Shown here: piece by piece, positions 9,519 through 17,879 of the stretch
Layout: each line of letters starts with the position of its first letter
Position numbering within the stretch: position 1 is the stretch's first letter
Source: Candidatus Dormiibacterota bacterium
GTDB taxonomy: Bacteria; Chloroflexota; Dormibacteria; Aeolococcales; Aeolococcaceae
Direction of reading: 5' to 3'
Assembly: GCA_035552595.1 (NCBI GenBank)
Contig: DASZKZ010000083.1
Span: 2,538-66,537, forward strand
DNA length: 64,000 bases
Notes under the pieces: model-generated
What the model was told of the DNA's origin: nothing
The model's database searches: none
What the model saw: the letters and a program-made list of their open reading frames with translations, nothing else
Program-made: the position numbers and the translations under genes

Positions 9519-10739
9519 TCAGCTCCGGATCGCACCCACCATCATGCCGCCGATCCCGGCCGCCAGCGCGGCGGTGGTCAGGTACATGGCCACCCGTCCG
9601 ACCCGGGCCAGGAAGCGGGCACCCTCTCGGCGCGCCCAGAGGATCGCCGTGGGCAGAACGCTCAGCGCCACCGCGGCCAGGCCCGATCCGAGCGCCGGCC
9701 GCACCCACCAGTCGGGTGATTTGGTGACCCAGGTCAGCCCCAGGCCCCAGCCGCTGACCCCCGCGGCCACCAGGGCGGCGCAGGAGAGCGCGATCAGCAG
9801 GGGGGCATGCCGCAGCACGCTCAGCCTGGTGGGCGCCGGCGCCGGGAGCGGCCAGATGGGGTCGAGCACGTGCCACTGGTCGGCGTGCGCGCCGATGATC
9901 GGTTCGAACGCACCCAGCAGGGTGCGCGCCACCCGGCGGACCTCAACCGCACGCGGCGCGGTGACGTCATACGAGACCTCCGGCAGCGCATGCAGGCACA
10001 GCCTGCCCCGATGACGCACCGACCACACTGGGATGAGCGCGGCGCCGCAGCGCATGGCCAGGTCGACCACCCCGATCGGGATGGGCGTCTGCCGGCCGAA
10101 GAATTCCACAGGGACGCCGGTGCCGGTGAGATCCCGGTCGATGGCGATGGCGACGGTCCCGTTGGCACGCAGCTCGCCGAGCACCTGGCGCAGCGCGCCG
10201 GCGCCGATGCGCCGGGCCACGTCGATCTCGGCCTCGCGCATGGCGGCGACATCGATGGGGATGACGGTGACGCCGAGGGCGGCGCGACCTCTGCGCAGAT
10301 GGTCGAAGAGTCGCCGCGGACGCAGTGTCTCCGCAAGAACCGCGACGCGACCGGCGTCGGCGTTGAAGGCAACCAGCCCCGAGTCCCAGGGACCGAGGTG
10401 GCTGGACACCATGACCACGCCGCGACCGCGCTCCAGCGCGCCGGTGAGAATGTCGATGCCCTCGATGCTGAGCCGCTGCGCGCAGCGGCTGGGACGCGAC
10501 ATGCGCAGCACGTCGATCCACGAGCGCCCCAGGTTGCGGGCGTTGGCACGGACCACGGCGCGCAATCGCCGCGGCGGCACCTCACCGACGACGGTGGAGA
10601 GGTTGGCGCGCAGGCCGGCGAATCGACCCGGGGTGAGCACCAGCAGGACATGAACCGCGGCGACGGCGATGGCGTAGGCCACGGCCTGGGGAACGGAGTT
10701 GGCGAGCACCTCAGCGACGCGGTACGCCCAGTACTTCAT
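9519..10739 (-). CDS. Lysophospholipid/lipid A-type (HtrB/PatA family) acyltransferase with extra C-terminal multi-TM region
   Basis: The track ORF runs to 11411 but the real start is ATG 10739 (MKYWAYRVAE...). Has the HX4D motif (SSHLGPWD) and a PatA/LpxL-like core. The last ~110 aa form 3-4 hydrophobic helices. Confidence 0.8.
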   Translation of the reverse strand: MKYWAYRVAEVLANSVPQAVAYAIAVAAVHVLLVLTPGRFAGLRANLSTVVGEVPPRRLRAVVRANARNLGRSWIDVLRMSRPSRCAQRLSIEGIDILTGALERGRGVVMVSSHLGPWDSGLVAFNADAGRVAVLAETLRPRRLFDHLRRGRAALGVTVIPIDVAAMREAEIDVARRIGAGALRQVLGELRANGTVAIAIDRDLTGTGVPVEFFGRQTPIPIGVVDLAMRCGAALIPVWSVRHRGRLCLHALPEVSYDVTAPRAVEVRRVARTLLGAFEPIIGAHADQWHVLDPIWPLPAPAPTRLSVLRHAPLLIALSCAALVAAGVSGWGLGLTWVTKSPDWWVRPALGSGLAAVALSVLPTAILWARREGARFLARVGRVAMYLTTAALAAGIGGMMVGAIRS

Positions 10740-11103
10740 GCGCCCACACCGCTCCTTGATGGTGGGATCCCGGTCACGCCGTCGGAATGACGCCAGCGTG
10801 GTGGTGCACCCGTCGGACGGCCCGGAGGATATCTCATCGTCCATCAGTGTCGGAAAAACCATCTGTCCGTTGCATGACCCAGGGCTGCGCGCGCTCGCGA
10901 GGTGACGGCGCGACGCGTGTCGTGACATCGCCGTACCGCCGCGAACGGCCCTGACCTGATACGCTCCTCTCTGACGCGGCGCTGTCGTTCTTGCGCCGCT
11001 GCCCTTCTTGCGGTTTCCTCTCCCCGTGTCGCGCGGGTCCCTCAAGCCAGGCACTGACCAGAGCTTCGAGGGGAAGCGCAGAGCCATTCGGCTTCGGAGA
11101 TCC

Positions 11104-12354
11104 ATGACATCGTTCGCTGACCTCGGTGTGCGTCCGCGCACCCTCCTCGCCTTGGAGCAGGGCTCCATCATCACCCCACTCCCGATCCAGGCAGAGGCGA
11201 TCCCCGCCCTGCTGCGGGGCCGCGATGTCGCCGCCGAGGCCCCCACCGGCTCCGGCAAGACGCTGGCATTCCTCATCCCCATGGTGGAGCGCCTGGCCGG
11301 GCATCGCCGCGACGGCGGGCCGCGCGCGCTGCTCGTGGCCCCATCGCGCGAGCTCGCCAACCAGATCGGAGCGGTGCTGCGCACCGTCGATCGCGGGCTG
11401 CGCATCGCCATGCTCTACGGGGGCGTGGGCTACGGAGGCCAGCTCAGCGCTCTGCGCAGCAGCCCCGACGTGGTCATCGGTTGCCCGGGACGGATTCTCG
11501 ACCTCGCCGCACAGGGGCGGGTCAACCTCGCATCGATCGAGTACCTGGTCCTCGACGAGGCCGACGAGATGCTCGACCAGGGATTCGCGCCCGACGTCGA
11601 GCGCATCATCGCCCTCACCCCCGGTGACGGCCCCAAGCGCCGCCAGACGGTGCTCACCTCGGCGACCATGCCGTCGTGGGTGCAGCGCATGGTCGCCCGC
11701 CACCTCATCGACCCGGCGGTGATCCGAGTCATCTCCGAGGGCGAGCCCACCCTGGAGCACGCCATCCTCCACGTGGAGCGGGCGACCAAGGTCGACACGC
11801 TCTCGCGCTTGCTGCGCCGCCACCAGGGCTCGGCCCTCGTCTTCCATCGCACCAAGCACGGCGCCAAGGGACTGGCCCGTGACCTCACCGCTCGCGGCCA
11901 TCGCAGCGTGGAGTTGCAGGGAAACCTCTCGCAGAACGCGCGCGACCGCGCGGTGGCGATGTTTCGCAGCGGACAGGCTGACGTGCTCGTGGCCACCAAC
12001 GTCGCGGCCCGCGGGCTGGACATCTCCGGGGTGGCCGTGGTCGTCAACTACGAGCTCCCGGAGACCCCGCAGTGGCTGACCCACCGGGTCGGCCGCACCG
12101 CCCGCAACGGCGCCGCCGGCCGGGCCTTCACCTTCCTCACCCGTGAGGACGCCGAGAAGTGGCGCAAGCTGCGCCGGCTCGGCGCCCCGGAGCTGCGCGG
12201 CGCCGACACCGACCACCTTCTCAGCACCGGCAACATCCGCTTCATCGCCGCCCCACCCCTGGGTGTGCCCGACCCACGCTCGGCGCCGCGTTCGCAGCGC
12301 GGCGGCGCCAACAGCTTCCATCGCCGCCGCCCCCGTCCCGCCCCGGTGCGGTAG
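11104..12354 (+). CDS. DEAD-box ATP-dependent RNA helicase
   Basis: ATG 11104. Has the Q-motif region, AEAPTGSGKT (motif I), VLDEADEM (DEAD), SAT, HRVGRTARNG (VI) and a basic Arg-rich C-terminal tail. Confidence 0.9.
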   Translation: MTSFADLGVRPRTLLALEQGSIITPLPIQAEAIPALLRGRDVAAEAPTGSGKTLAFLIPMVERLAGHRRDGGPRALLVAPSRELANQIGAVLRTVDRGLRIAMLYGGVGYGGQLSALRSSPDVVIGCPGRILDLAAQGRVNLASIEYLVLDEADEMLDQGFAPDVERIIALTPGDGPKRRQTVLTSATMPSWVQRMVARHLIDPAVIRVISEGEPTLEHAILHVERATKVDTLSRLLRRHQGSALVFHRTKHGAKGLARDLTARGHRSVELQGNLSQNARDRAVAMFRSGQADVLVATNVAARGLDISGVAVVVNYELPETPQWLTHRVGRTARNGAAGRAFTFLTREDAEKWRKLRRLGAPELRGADTDHLLSTGNIRFIAAPPLGVPDPRSAPRSQRGGANSFHRRRPRPAPVR

Positions 12355-12430
12355 CGGAGTCCGCCTCGGCGGCGGCGCCGGCGCGCTACTGTGAGAGCAG
12401 GCGCCGTCCGGCGCCACCACGGGGACCGCC

Positions 12431-12724
12431 ATGGCAGAGATCTGCAGTCACCTCGACGCCGACACCGGAGCAGCCCCGAGCGGTGACGGCTGCGTGGAAT
12501 GCCTGGCCATCGGACAGCGATGGGTGCACCTGCGCCGCTGCGTCACCTGCGGGCACATCGGCTGTTGCGACTCCTCGCCGGGCACGCACGCCACCTTCCA
12601 CTTCCACCAGAGCGAGCATCCGCTGATCCAGTCGTTCGAACCGGGAGAGGAGTGGTTCTGGTGCTACGCCGACGAGGTCATGTTCGAGCTCGAGGACCGG
12701 CCGCCGAGCCCCGCCCACCCCTGA
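12431..12724 (+). CDS. UBP-type zinc-finger (Znf-UBP/BUZ) domain protein
   Basis: 97 aa with a Cys/His ladder: CSHL..CVEC..W.HLR.C..CGH.GCCDSS...H...H...SEHP, matching the Znf-UBP fold pattern. Confidence 0.8.
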   Translation: MAEICSHLDADTGAAPSGDGCVECLAIGQRWVHLRRCVTCGHIGCCDSSPGTHATFHFHQSEHPLIQSFEPGEEWFWCYADEVMFELEDRPPSPAHP

Positions 12725-12733
12725 GCGGCGCCG

Positions 12734-14590
12734 TCACAGAGCCGCCGCCTGGTCGCGCTTGCGCAGCTTGTTGCGCTGGTCGGCGTTGAGGATGCGCTTG
12801 CGCAGCCTGATCCCGCGGGGCGTCACCTCGACGAGCTCGTCGTCCTCGATGAAGTCGAGGCTCTCCTCGAGCGACATGGCGCGCGCCGGCACCAGCCGCA
12901 CGGTGGCGTCCTCGGTCGACGAGCGGATGTTGGTCTTCTGCTTCTGCTTGGTGACGTTGAGATGCATGTCGCCGGGGCGGCGGTTGAGCCCGACGATCAT
13001 GCCCTCATAGACGGCGGTGCCCGGACCCACGAAGGGCTGGCCGCGCTCCTGGAGGCCGAGCAGCCCGTAGGCCACCGCCGTCCCTGGCTGGCTGGCGGTG
13101 AGCACGCCGTTGCGGCTGGTCGGGGGCAGCGTGCGCCAGCGCTCCCAGCCGAGCAGGCGCGTCGACATCACGCCCGTGCCGCGCGTCAGGGTGAGGATCT
13201 GGCTGCGCAGACCGATGAGCGCGCGCGTGGGAGCGTGGTGGGTGAGCCGGGCCCGTCCCGCGGCGTCGGTGCGCATCGACTGCATCTGAGCGCCTCGCGA
13301 TCCCAGCGTCTCGGTGATGGCGCCCACCGCGTCGGCGTCGCAGTCGATGATGCACTCCTCCACCGGCTCGCAGCGGTGCCCGTCGATCTCGCGCGTGATC
13401 ACCGCCGGACGCGAGACCTCGAACTCGTACCCCTCACGACGCATGGTCTCGATGAGGATGGCGAGGTGGAGCTCGCCACGGCCGCTGACCTCGAAGATGT
13501 CGGCGGTGGGCCCGTCGGCGACGCGCAGCGCCACGTTGGTGAGCAGCTCACGGTGGAGGCGGGCGCGGAGCTGTCGCGAGGTGCTGCTCAGGGTGGCCTC
13601 GCGCCCGGCCATGGGGGACTGGTTGACGGAGAACTGCATGCGCAGGGTGGGCTCGCCCACCTCGGGGCGGGGCAGTGGCACGGGATTGTCGGCGTCGGCC
13701 ACGGTGTCGCCGATGGCGACGTCGGCGAGGCCGGTGATGTAGACGATCTCACCGGCGGCGACCTCTTCGACCGGGACCCGCTGGAGCGCCTCCACGGTCA
13801 TCACGGTGCCGATGCGCTGGCGCGGTCCGATGCCGTCGGCGGTGCAGCACACCACCGCCTGGCCCACCCGCAGCACGCCCTTGTTGATCCGCCCCAGCGC
13901 CAGGCGCCCGCTGTAGTTGTCGTGGTCGAGGTTGCTGACCAGCATCTGGAAGGGAGCGTCGGGGTCGGCGGGCGGTGGCGGGACGTGGCTGAGGATGGTG
14001 TCGAGCAATGGCTCGAGGGTGACGCCCTCACGCCGCAGATCGGTGGTGGCGGTGCCGGCGCGCCCGTTGGTGTAGACCACCGGCGCGTCCAGCTGCGAGG
14101 AGTCGGTGGCCAGCTCGAGGAGGAGATCGTGGGTCGCCTCCACCGTTTCCGCGGGGCGGGCGTTGACCCTGTCGATCTTGTTGACGACGATGATCGGGCG
14201 CAGGCCCAGAGCCAGCGCCTGGCGCAGCACCACGCGTGTCTGCGGCATGGGGCCCTCTGCGGAGTCGACGAGCAGGAGGCATCCATCCGCCATGCCCAGC
14301 ACCCGCTCCACCTCACCGCCGAAGTCGGCGTGCCCGGGCGTGTCGATGATGTTGAGCTTGACCCCGCGATAGCGGATCGAGGTGGTCTTGGCGAGGATGG
14401 TGATGCCCTTCTCGCGTTCGAGATCGTTGGAGTCCATGATCAGCTCACCCACCTGCTCGTGCGCGGCGAAGACCCGCGACTGCTTGAGCAGTGCGTCGAC
14501 GAGCGTGGTCTTGCCGTGGTCGACATGGGCCACGATGGCGACGTTGCGAAGGTCGGCGCGGCGTGGAGTGGCATCGGACGAGGCGGACAT
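12734..14590 (-). CDS. typA: Translational GTPase TypA/BipA
   Basis: G1 AHVDHGKTTLVD, G3 DTPGHADFGGEVER, G4 NKIDR. Full-length (618 aa) BipA-type domain order with the characteristic C-terminal domain. Confidence 0.95.
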   Translation of the reverse strand: MSASSDATPRRADLRNVAIVAHVDHGKTTLVDALLKQSRVFAAHEQVGELIMDSNDLEREKGITILAKTTSIRYRGVKLNIIDTPGHADFGGEVERVLGMADGCLLLVDSAEGPMPQTRVVLRQALALGLRPIIVVNKIDRVNARPAETVEATHDLLLELATDSSQLDAPVVYTNGRAGTATTDLRREGVTLEPLLDTILSHVPPPPADPDAPFQMLVSNLDHDNYSGRLALGRINKGVLRVGQAVVCCTADGIGPRQRIGTVMTVEALQRVPVEEVAAGEIVYITGLADVAIGDTVADADNPVPLPRPEVGEPTLRMQFSVNQSPMAGREATLSSTSRQLRARLHRELLTNVALRVADGPTADIFEVSGRGELHLAILIETMRREGYEFEVSRPAVITREIDGHRCEPVEECIIDCDADAVGAITETLGSRGAQMQSMRTDAAGRARLTHHAPTRALIGLRSQILTLTRGTGVMSTRLLGWERWRTLPPTSRNGVLTASQPGTAVAYGLLGLQERGQPFVGPGTAVYEGMIVGLNRRPGDMHLNVTKQKQKTNIRSSTEDATVRLVPARAMSLEESLDFIEDDELVEVTPRGIRLRKRILNADQRNKLRKRDQAAAL

Positions 14591-14691
14591 GTACGCGTAT
14601 CGTCGCCGACCCGGCGATTGTGGCGGCTTCCAGGGTGTCGGCGGTGGGGCCGAACCCGGCGATCCGGCGACTCAGCTAGCATCGGGCGCCG

Positions 14692-16023
14692 ATGAGTGAG
14701 AGCGCCGCCGAGGTCACCGACCTGTTGCAGCGGCTGATCCGCAACGGCTGCATCAACGACGGCACACCCGACTCCGGCCAGGAGATCCGCAACGCCGAGC
14801 TCCTGGCAGCGCACCTGCACGGATGCGGGGTGGAGATGGAGACGTTCGAGTCGCTACCCGGACGCACCTCTCTGTTGGCGCGGCTGGAGGGCACCGACCC
14901 CAGCGCTCCCACGCTGATGCTGATGGGGCACACCGACGTGGTGCCCGTCGATCCGGCGGGATGGCAGCGCGATCCGCTCGGCGGCGAGCTCGTCGACGGG
15001 GTGGTGTGGGGGCGCGGCGCCATCGACATGCTCAACCTGACGGCGTCGATGGCGGTGACCACGCGACGTCTGGGCATCTCCGGGCGCAGGCCTCGCGGCA
15101 CCCTGGCCTTCCTCGCCGTCGCCGACGAGGAGGCGGGCGGCACGCTGGGGGCGGGCTGGCTCGCCGAGCACGCGCCCGAATCGATCCGCTGCGACTACGT
15201 GATCACGGAGAACGGCGGCGTGCTGCAGCACACGCCGGCGGGCGAGCGCATCGGCGTCACCGTGGGCGAGAAGGGGATCTTCTGGTGCCGGATGACGGTG
15301 CACGGCACCCCCGGCCATGGTTCGCGTCCGCTGCACTCCGACAACGCGCTGGTCAAGGCGGCCGAGGTGGTCACCCGGCTGTCGGGGTATCGCACCTCCG
15401 CTCACATCACCGACGCATGGCGCCGCTGGGTCGCGGGGATGGGATTCGAGCCCGCGGTGGCGGCGGCGCTCGTCGATCCAGCGCGGATCTGGGAGGGCCT
15501 CGACGCCCTCCCCCGGGGCCTGGCCGGCATGGCCCACGCGCTCACCCACCTCACGGTCAGCCCCAACGTCGTCCACGGCGGCGAGAAGACCAACGTCATC
15601 CCCGGGCGTGTCGACCTGGAGATCGATCTCCGCAAGGTTCCCGGGCAGACCGACGAGGACGTGATGGAATTCTTCGACACCGCCCTGGGCCCTCTCCGCG
15701 ACGCCGTCACCGTCGAGATCCTGCAGCGCGACGATCCGTCCGAGTCCCCGGTGGACACGCCTCTGTGGGAGGCCGTGACCCGGGCCGCCACCGCGGTGTA
15801 CCCGGAGGCGAGATGCATCCCCACGCTGACCCCGGGAGGAACCGACGCCCGCTTCTTTCGCAACCTGGGGATCCCCGCGTACGGCATGGCGCTGTACAGC
15901 CGGGCCATGTCCCTCGACCAGTTCAGCGCCATGTTCCACGCCAACGACGAGCGCGTCGACCAGGAATCGCTGCGGCTGACGGTCGAGCTCTACGACGCGG
16001 TGGCTCGCGACCTGCTCGGCTAG
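14692..16023 (+). CDS. M20/M25/M40-family metallopeptidase (ArgE/DapE/CPG2-like)
   Basis: Metal-ligand motifs LMGHTDVVP and VADEEAGG, plus a dimerisation insert and C-terminal GGTDARFF. Confidence 0.85.
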   Translation: MSESAAEVTDLLQRLIRNGCINDGTPDSGQEIRNAELLAAHLHGCGVEMETFESLPGRTSLLARLEGTDPSAPTLMLMGHTDVVPVDPAGWQRDPLGGELVDGVVWGRGAIDMLNLTASMAVTTRRLGISGRRPRGTLAFLAVADEEAGGTLGAGWLAEHAPESIRCDYVITENGGVLQHTPAGERIGVTVGEKGIFWCRMTVHGTPGHGSRPLHSDNALVKAAEVVTRLSGYRTSAHITDAWRRWVAGMGFEPAVAAALVDPARIWEGLDALPRGLAGMAHALTHLTVSPNVVHGGEKTNVIPGRVDLEIDLRKVPGQTDEDVMEFFDTALGPLRDAVTVEILQRDDPSESPVDTPLWEAVTRAATAVYPEARCIPTLTPGGTDARFFRNLGIPAYGMALYSRAMSLDQFSAMFHANDERVDQESLRLTVELYDAVARDLLG

Positions 16024-16029
16024 AGGGCG

Positions 16030-16965
16030 CTAGCCGGCCAGCCTCTCGTCCTCGTCCAGGGCCTCGATGCGCATCACCGAGACGCGCTTGCGCATGGTGA
16101 GGACGCCGGGGTGCGACGCCACACAGCTTCCTGAGACCGGCGCGATGTCGGCGTAATCGCGTCCCACGGCGATGGTGACGTAGGTCATCCCCGCGCTCCG
16201 TCCGTGGGTGGGATCGAGGGCGAGCACGCGCGCGTGCCCCTCTCCGTCGGGCACCAGGACCTCCACCCAGGCGTGCGAGCCACCGCTGCCGAGCAGCTGG
16301 CCGGACACGTAGCGCGAAGGCAGGCCGAGCCCGCGCAGCACCGCCAGGAGCACATGGGCGAAGTCCTGGCACACGCCGGTTCGCTTGGCGTAGGCCTCGG
16401 CGGCGGTGGTGTGCACCGAGGTGACGTCGTGCGCGTAGGCCATCACCCGGAAGACGCGCCGGCACGCCGCCGCGGCCAGCTCGTCGCCGTGTAGCCCGGT
16501 GTCGCGGAGCTCGCCGACCAGCTCACCCAGGTCACCGTCGGGGGCGGTGAGCGCGGTGGGGTCGAGCAGGCGGCGGTCATGCAGCAGCGCGCCCGCCACC
16601 AGATGGGGGTGGTCGGTGCTGCGCTCGACCACGCTCCAGGAGATGAAGGTGACCTGTTCGGCGACGTAGGGGACCTCGATGTCGACGACGTGGTTGCCGA
16701 ACTGGTCGCCGGCCGCGCGGATGCTCTTGGGAGTGGCATCGAGGATGCGCACGCTGCGCGCGACGCGGCGCTGGTCTCCGTGGTGCTCACGGGGCTGCAC
16801 CACCAGCCGCTGGCGCAGCCGTCGCACCGGACCCGCATACCTGTAGGTGATGCGCTGATGGATCACGTACGCGCTGCGCCGCACCCGTGTCCAATCGACG
16901 GCCGCGGTGTCGACGCCGGCACCGCCCTCGATGACGTCACCCTCGTCGCCGAACGGAAGCCTCAT
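16030..16965 (-). CDS. Transglutaminase-like cysteine peptidase family protein (TGase-A; N-terminal Bact_transglu_N-type domain + core)
   Basis: Trimmed to ATG 16965 (ATGA overlap with the upstream gene). Core triad pattern GVCQDFAHVLLAVLRGLGLPSRYVSG ... SHAWVEV ... LDPTH. Confidence 0.85.
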   Translation of the reverse strand: MRLPFGDEGDVIEGGAGVDTAAVDWTRVRRSAYVIHQRITYRYAGPVRRLRQRLVVQPREHHGDQRRVARSVRILDATPKSIRAAGDQFGNHVVDIEVPYVAEQVTFISWSVVERSTDHPHLVAGALLHDRRLLDPTALTAPDGDLGELVGELRDTGLHGDELAAAACRRVFRVMAYAHDVTSVHTTAAEAYAKRTGVCQDFAHVLLAVLRGLGLPSRYVSGQLLGSGGSHAWVEVLVPDGEGHARVLALDPTHGRSAGMTYVTIAVGRDYADIAPVSGSCVASHPGVLTMRKRVSVMRIEALDEDERLAG

Positions 16966-17840
16966 ACGGTGGGTCCGAAGTCGCCGCACACCGGCGGCGT
17001 CGAGGTCGACCAGGGGCGCGCGGACAACGGCTCCGCGGCCACGCGCATGGCCGTCAGAGGGGCACTTCCGTAGGTGGTCATCATGGCCACGTCGAGCGCG
17101 TCGCGGCCGCGCCCGATGACCACGCGCCCCGTCCGGCGCGCGTTGTTGCGCGGGTCGAAGGTGTACCAGTGGCCCCCGACATACGCCTCCAGCCAGGCTG
17201 CGAAGTCCATCGGTTCCGAGGGCGGTGGAACGTCGATGTCGGGGAGGTATCCGAAGCAGTACCGGGCGGGGACGTTGAGCCCGCGCAGAAAGGCGACGGC
17301 GAGGTGAGCGAAATCCCTGCACACCCCGCGGCGCTCGACGTAGACGTCGCTGGCACCCGTCGCCGGGGTGCTGCTGCCCATGGTGAAGGTCAGGTTCTCA
17401 TGCACCCAGTCGACGACCGCCTGGACGCGCATCCACCCCTCCGGCACGCCGCCGAACAGCGCCCATGCCGTGTTGGAGAGCCGGTCCGAGTCGCAGTACC
17501 GGCTGGCCAGGGTGAAGTGAAGAACGTCGTCGGGAAGCTCGGCCACGGGCACCTGGGCGGCGTCACCGTCGGCGTCGTCCACCGCGGCGGTGACCTCGAC
17601 CTCCGCCTGGTAGCGGATGCGAGTGCGGCCGGGCCCAAGAGTGAGGCGGCGACAGACATTGCCATAGAGGTCGAGGTGGCGATGCACAGACACCTCGGGC
17701 TCCGTCTCCAGCTGGTTCTCGCGGAGGCCGAGCACGGCGTCGAGGCGCGGCTCCACCTGCAGGGTGAACGCCACCGGCCACTCCAGCTCGTGGACGAACT
17801 CGCAGCCGACTCGCAGCCAGCTGCTGGATCCCTCCGACAC
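16962..17840 (-). CDS. Transglutaminase-like family protein (TGase-B; His position substituted)
   Basis: GTG start at 17840. Has GVCRDFAHLAVAFLRGLNVPARYCFGYL, then MDFAAWLEAYVGGHWYTFDPRN. Cys and Asp are retained, but the residue aligned to His of the paralogues' HAW is Ala. Confidence 0.8.
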   Translation of the reverse strand: MSEGSSSWLRVGCEFVHELEWPVAFTLQVEPRLDAVLGLRENQLETEPEVSVHRHLDLYGNVCRRLTLGPGRTRIRYQAEVEVTAAVDDADGDAAQVPVAELPDDVLHFTLASRYCDSDRLSNTAWALFGGVPEGWMRVQAVVDWVHENLTFTMGSSTPATGASDVYVERRGVCRDFAHLAVAFLRGLNVPARYCFGYLPDIDVPPPSEPMDFAAWLEAYVGGHWYTFDPRNNARRTGRVVIGRGRDALDVAMMTTYGSAPLTAMRVAAEPLSARPWSTSTPPVCGDFGPTV

Positions 17841-17844
17841 GCTC

Positions 17845-17871
17845 GCAGTCTACCGCCGGAGAGTAGTCTGC
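17845..17871. promoter_or_regulatory. Imperfect inverted repeat GCAGTCTAC-N9-GTAGTCTGC in the 39-bp divergent spacer
   Basis: Read directly. Arms are 9 nt with one central mismatch. It occupies most of the 17841..17879 gap between the two divergent start codons. Confidence 0.3.
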
Positions 17872-17879
17872 ATGCACAA

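Noticed and set aside
10699-10905. 68-aa plus-strand ORF inside the acyltransferase/helicase divergent region.
   Set aside because: It overlaps the acyltransferase start on the opposite strand. It has mixed third-position composition, no SD and no recognisable motif.
10740-11411. N-terminal 224 codons of track ORF 9519..11411. Comparable 5' extensions occur on ORFs 91..1107, 1839..2465, 16030..17322, 17169..19310, 19905..21233, 24957..25988, 28140..29171, 32552..33781, 35299..37140, 36244..37383, 43313..45631, 49404..51437 and 59348..60202.
   Set aside because: The family-typical N-termini begin at internal ATG/GTG codons that have SD sequences or 4-nt overlaps with the upstream gene. The extensions overlap neighbouring genes or regulatory DNA and are low-complexity and Arg-rich.
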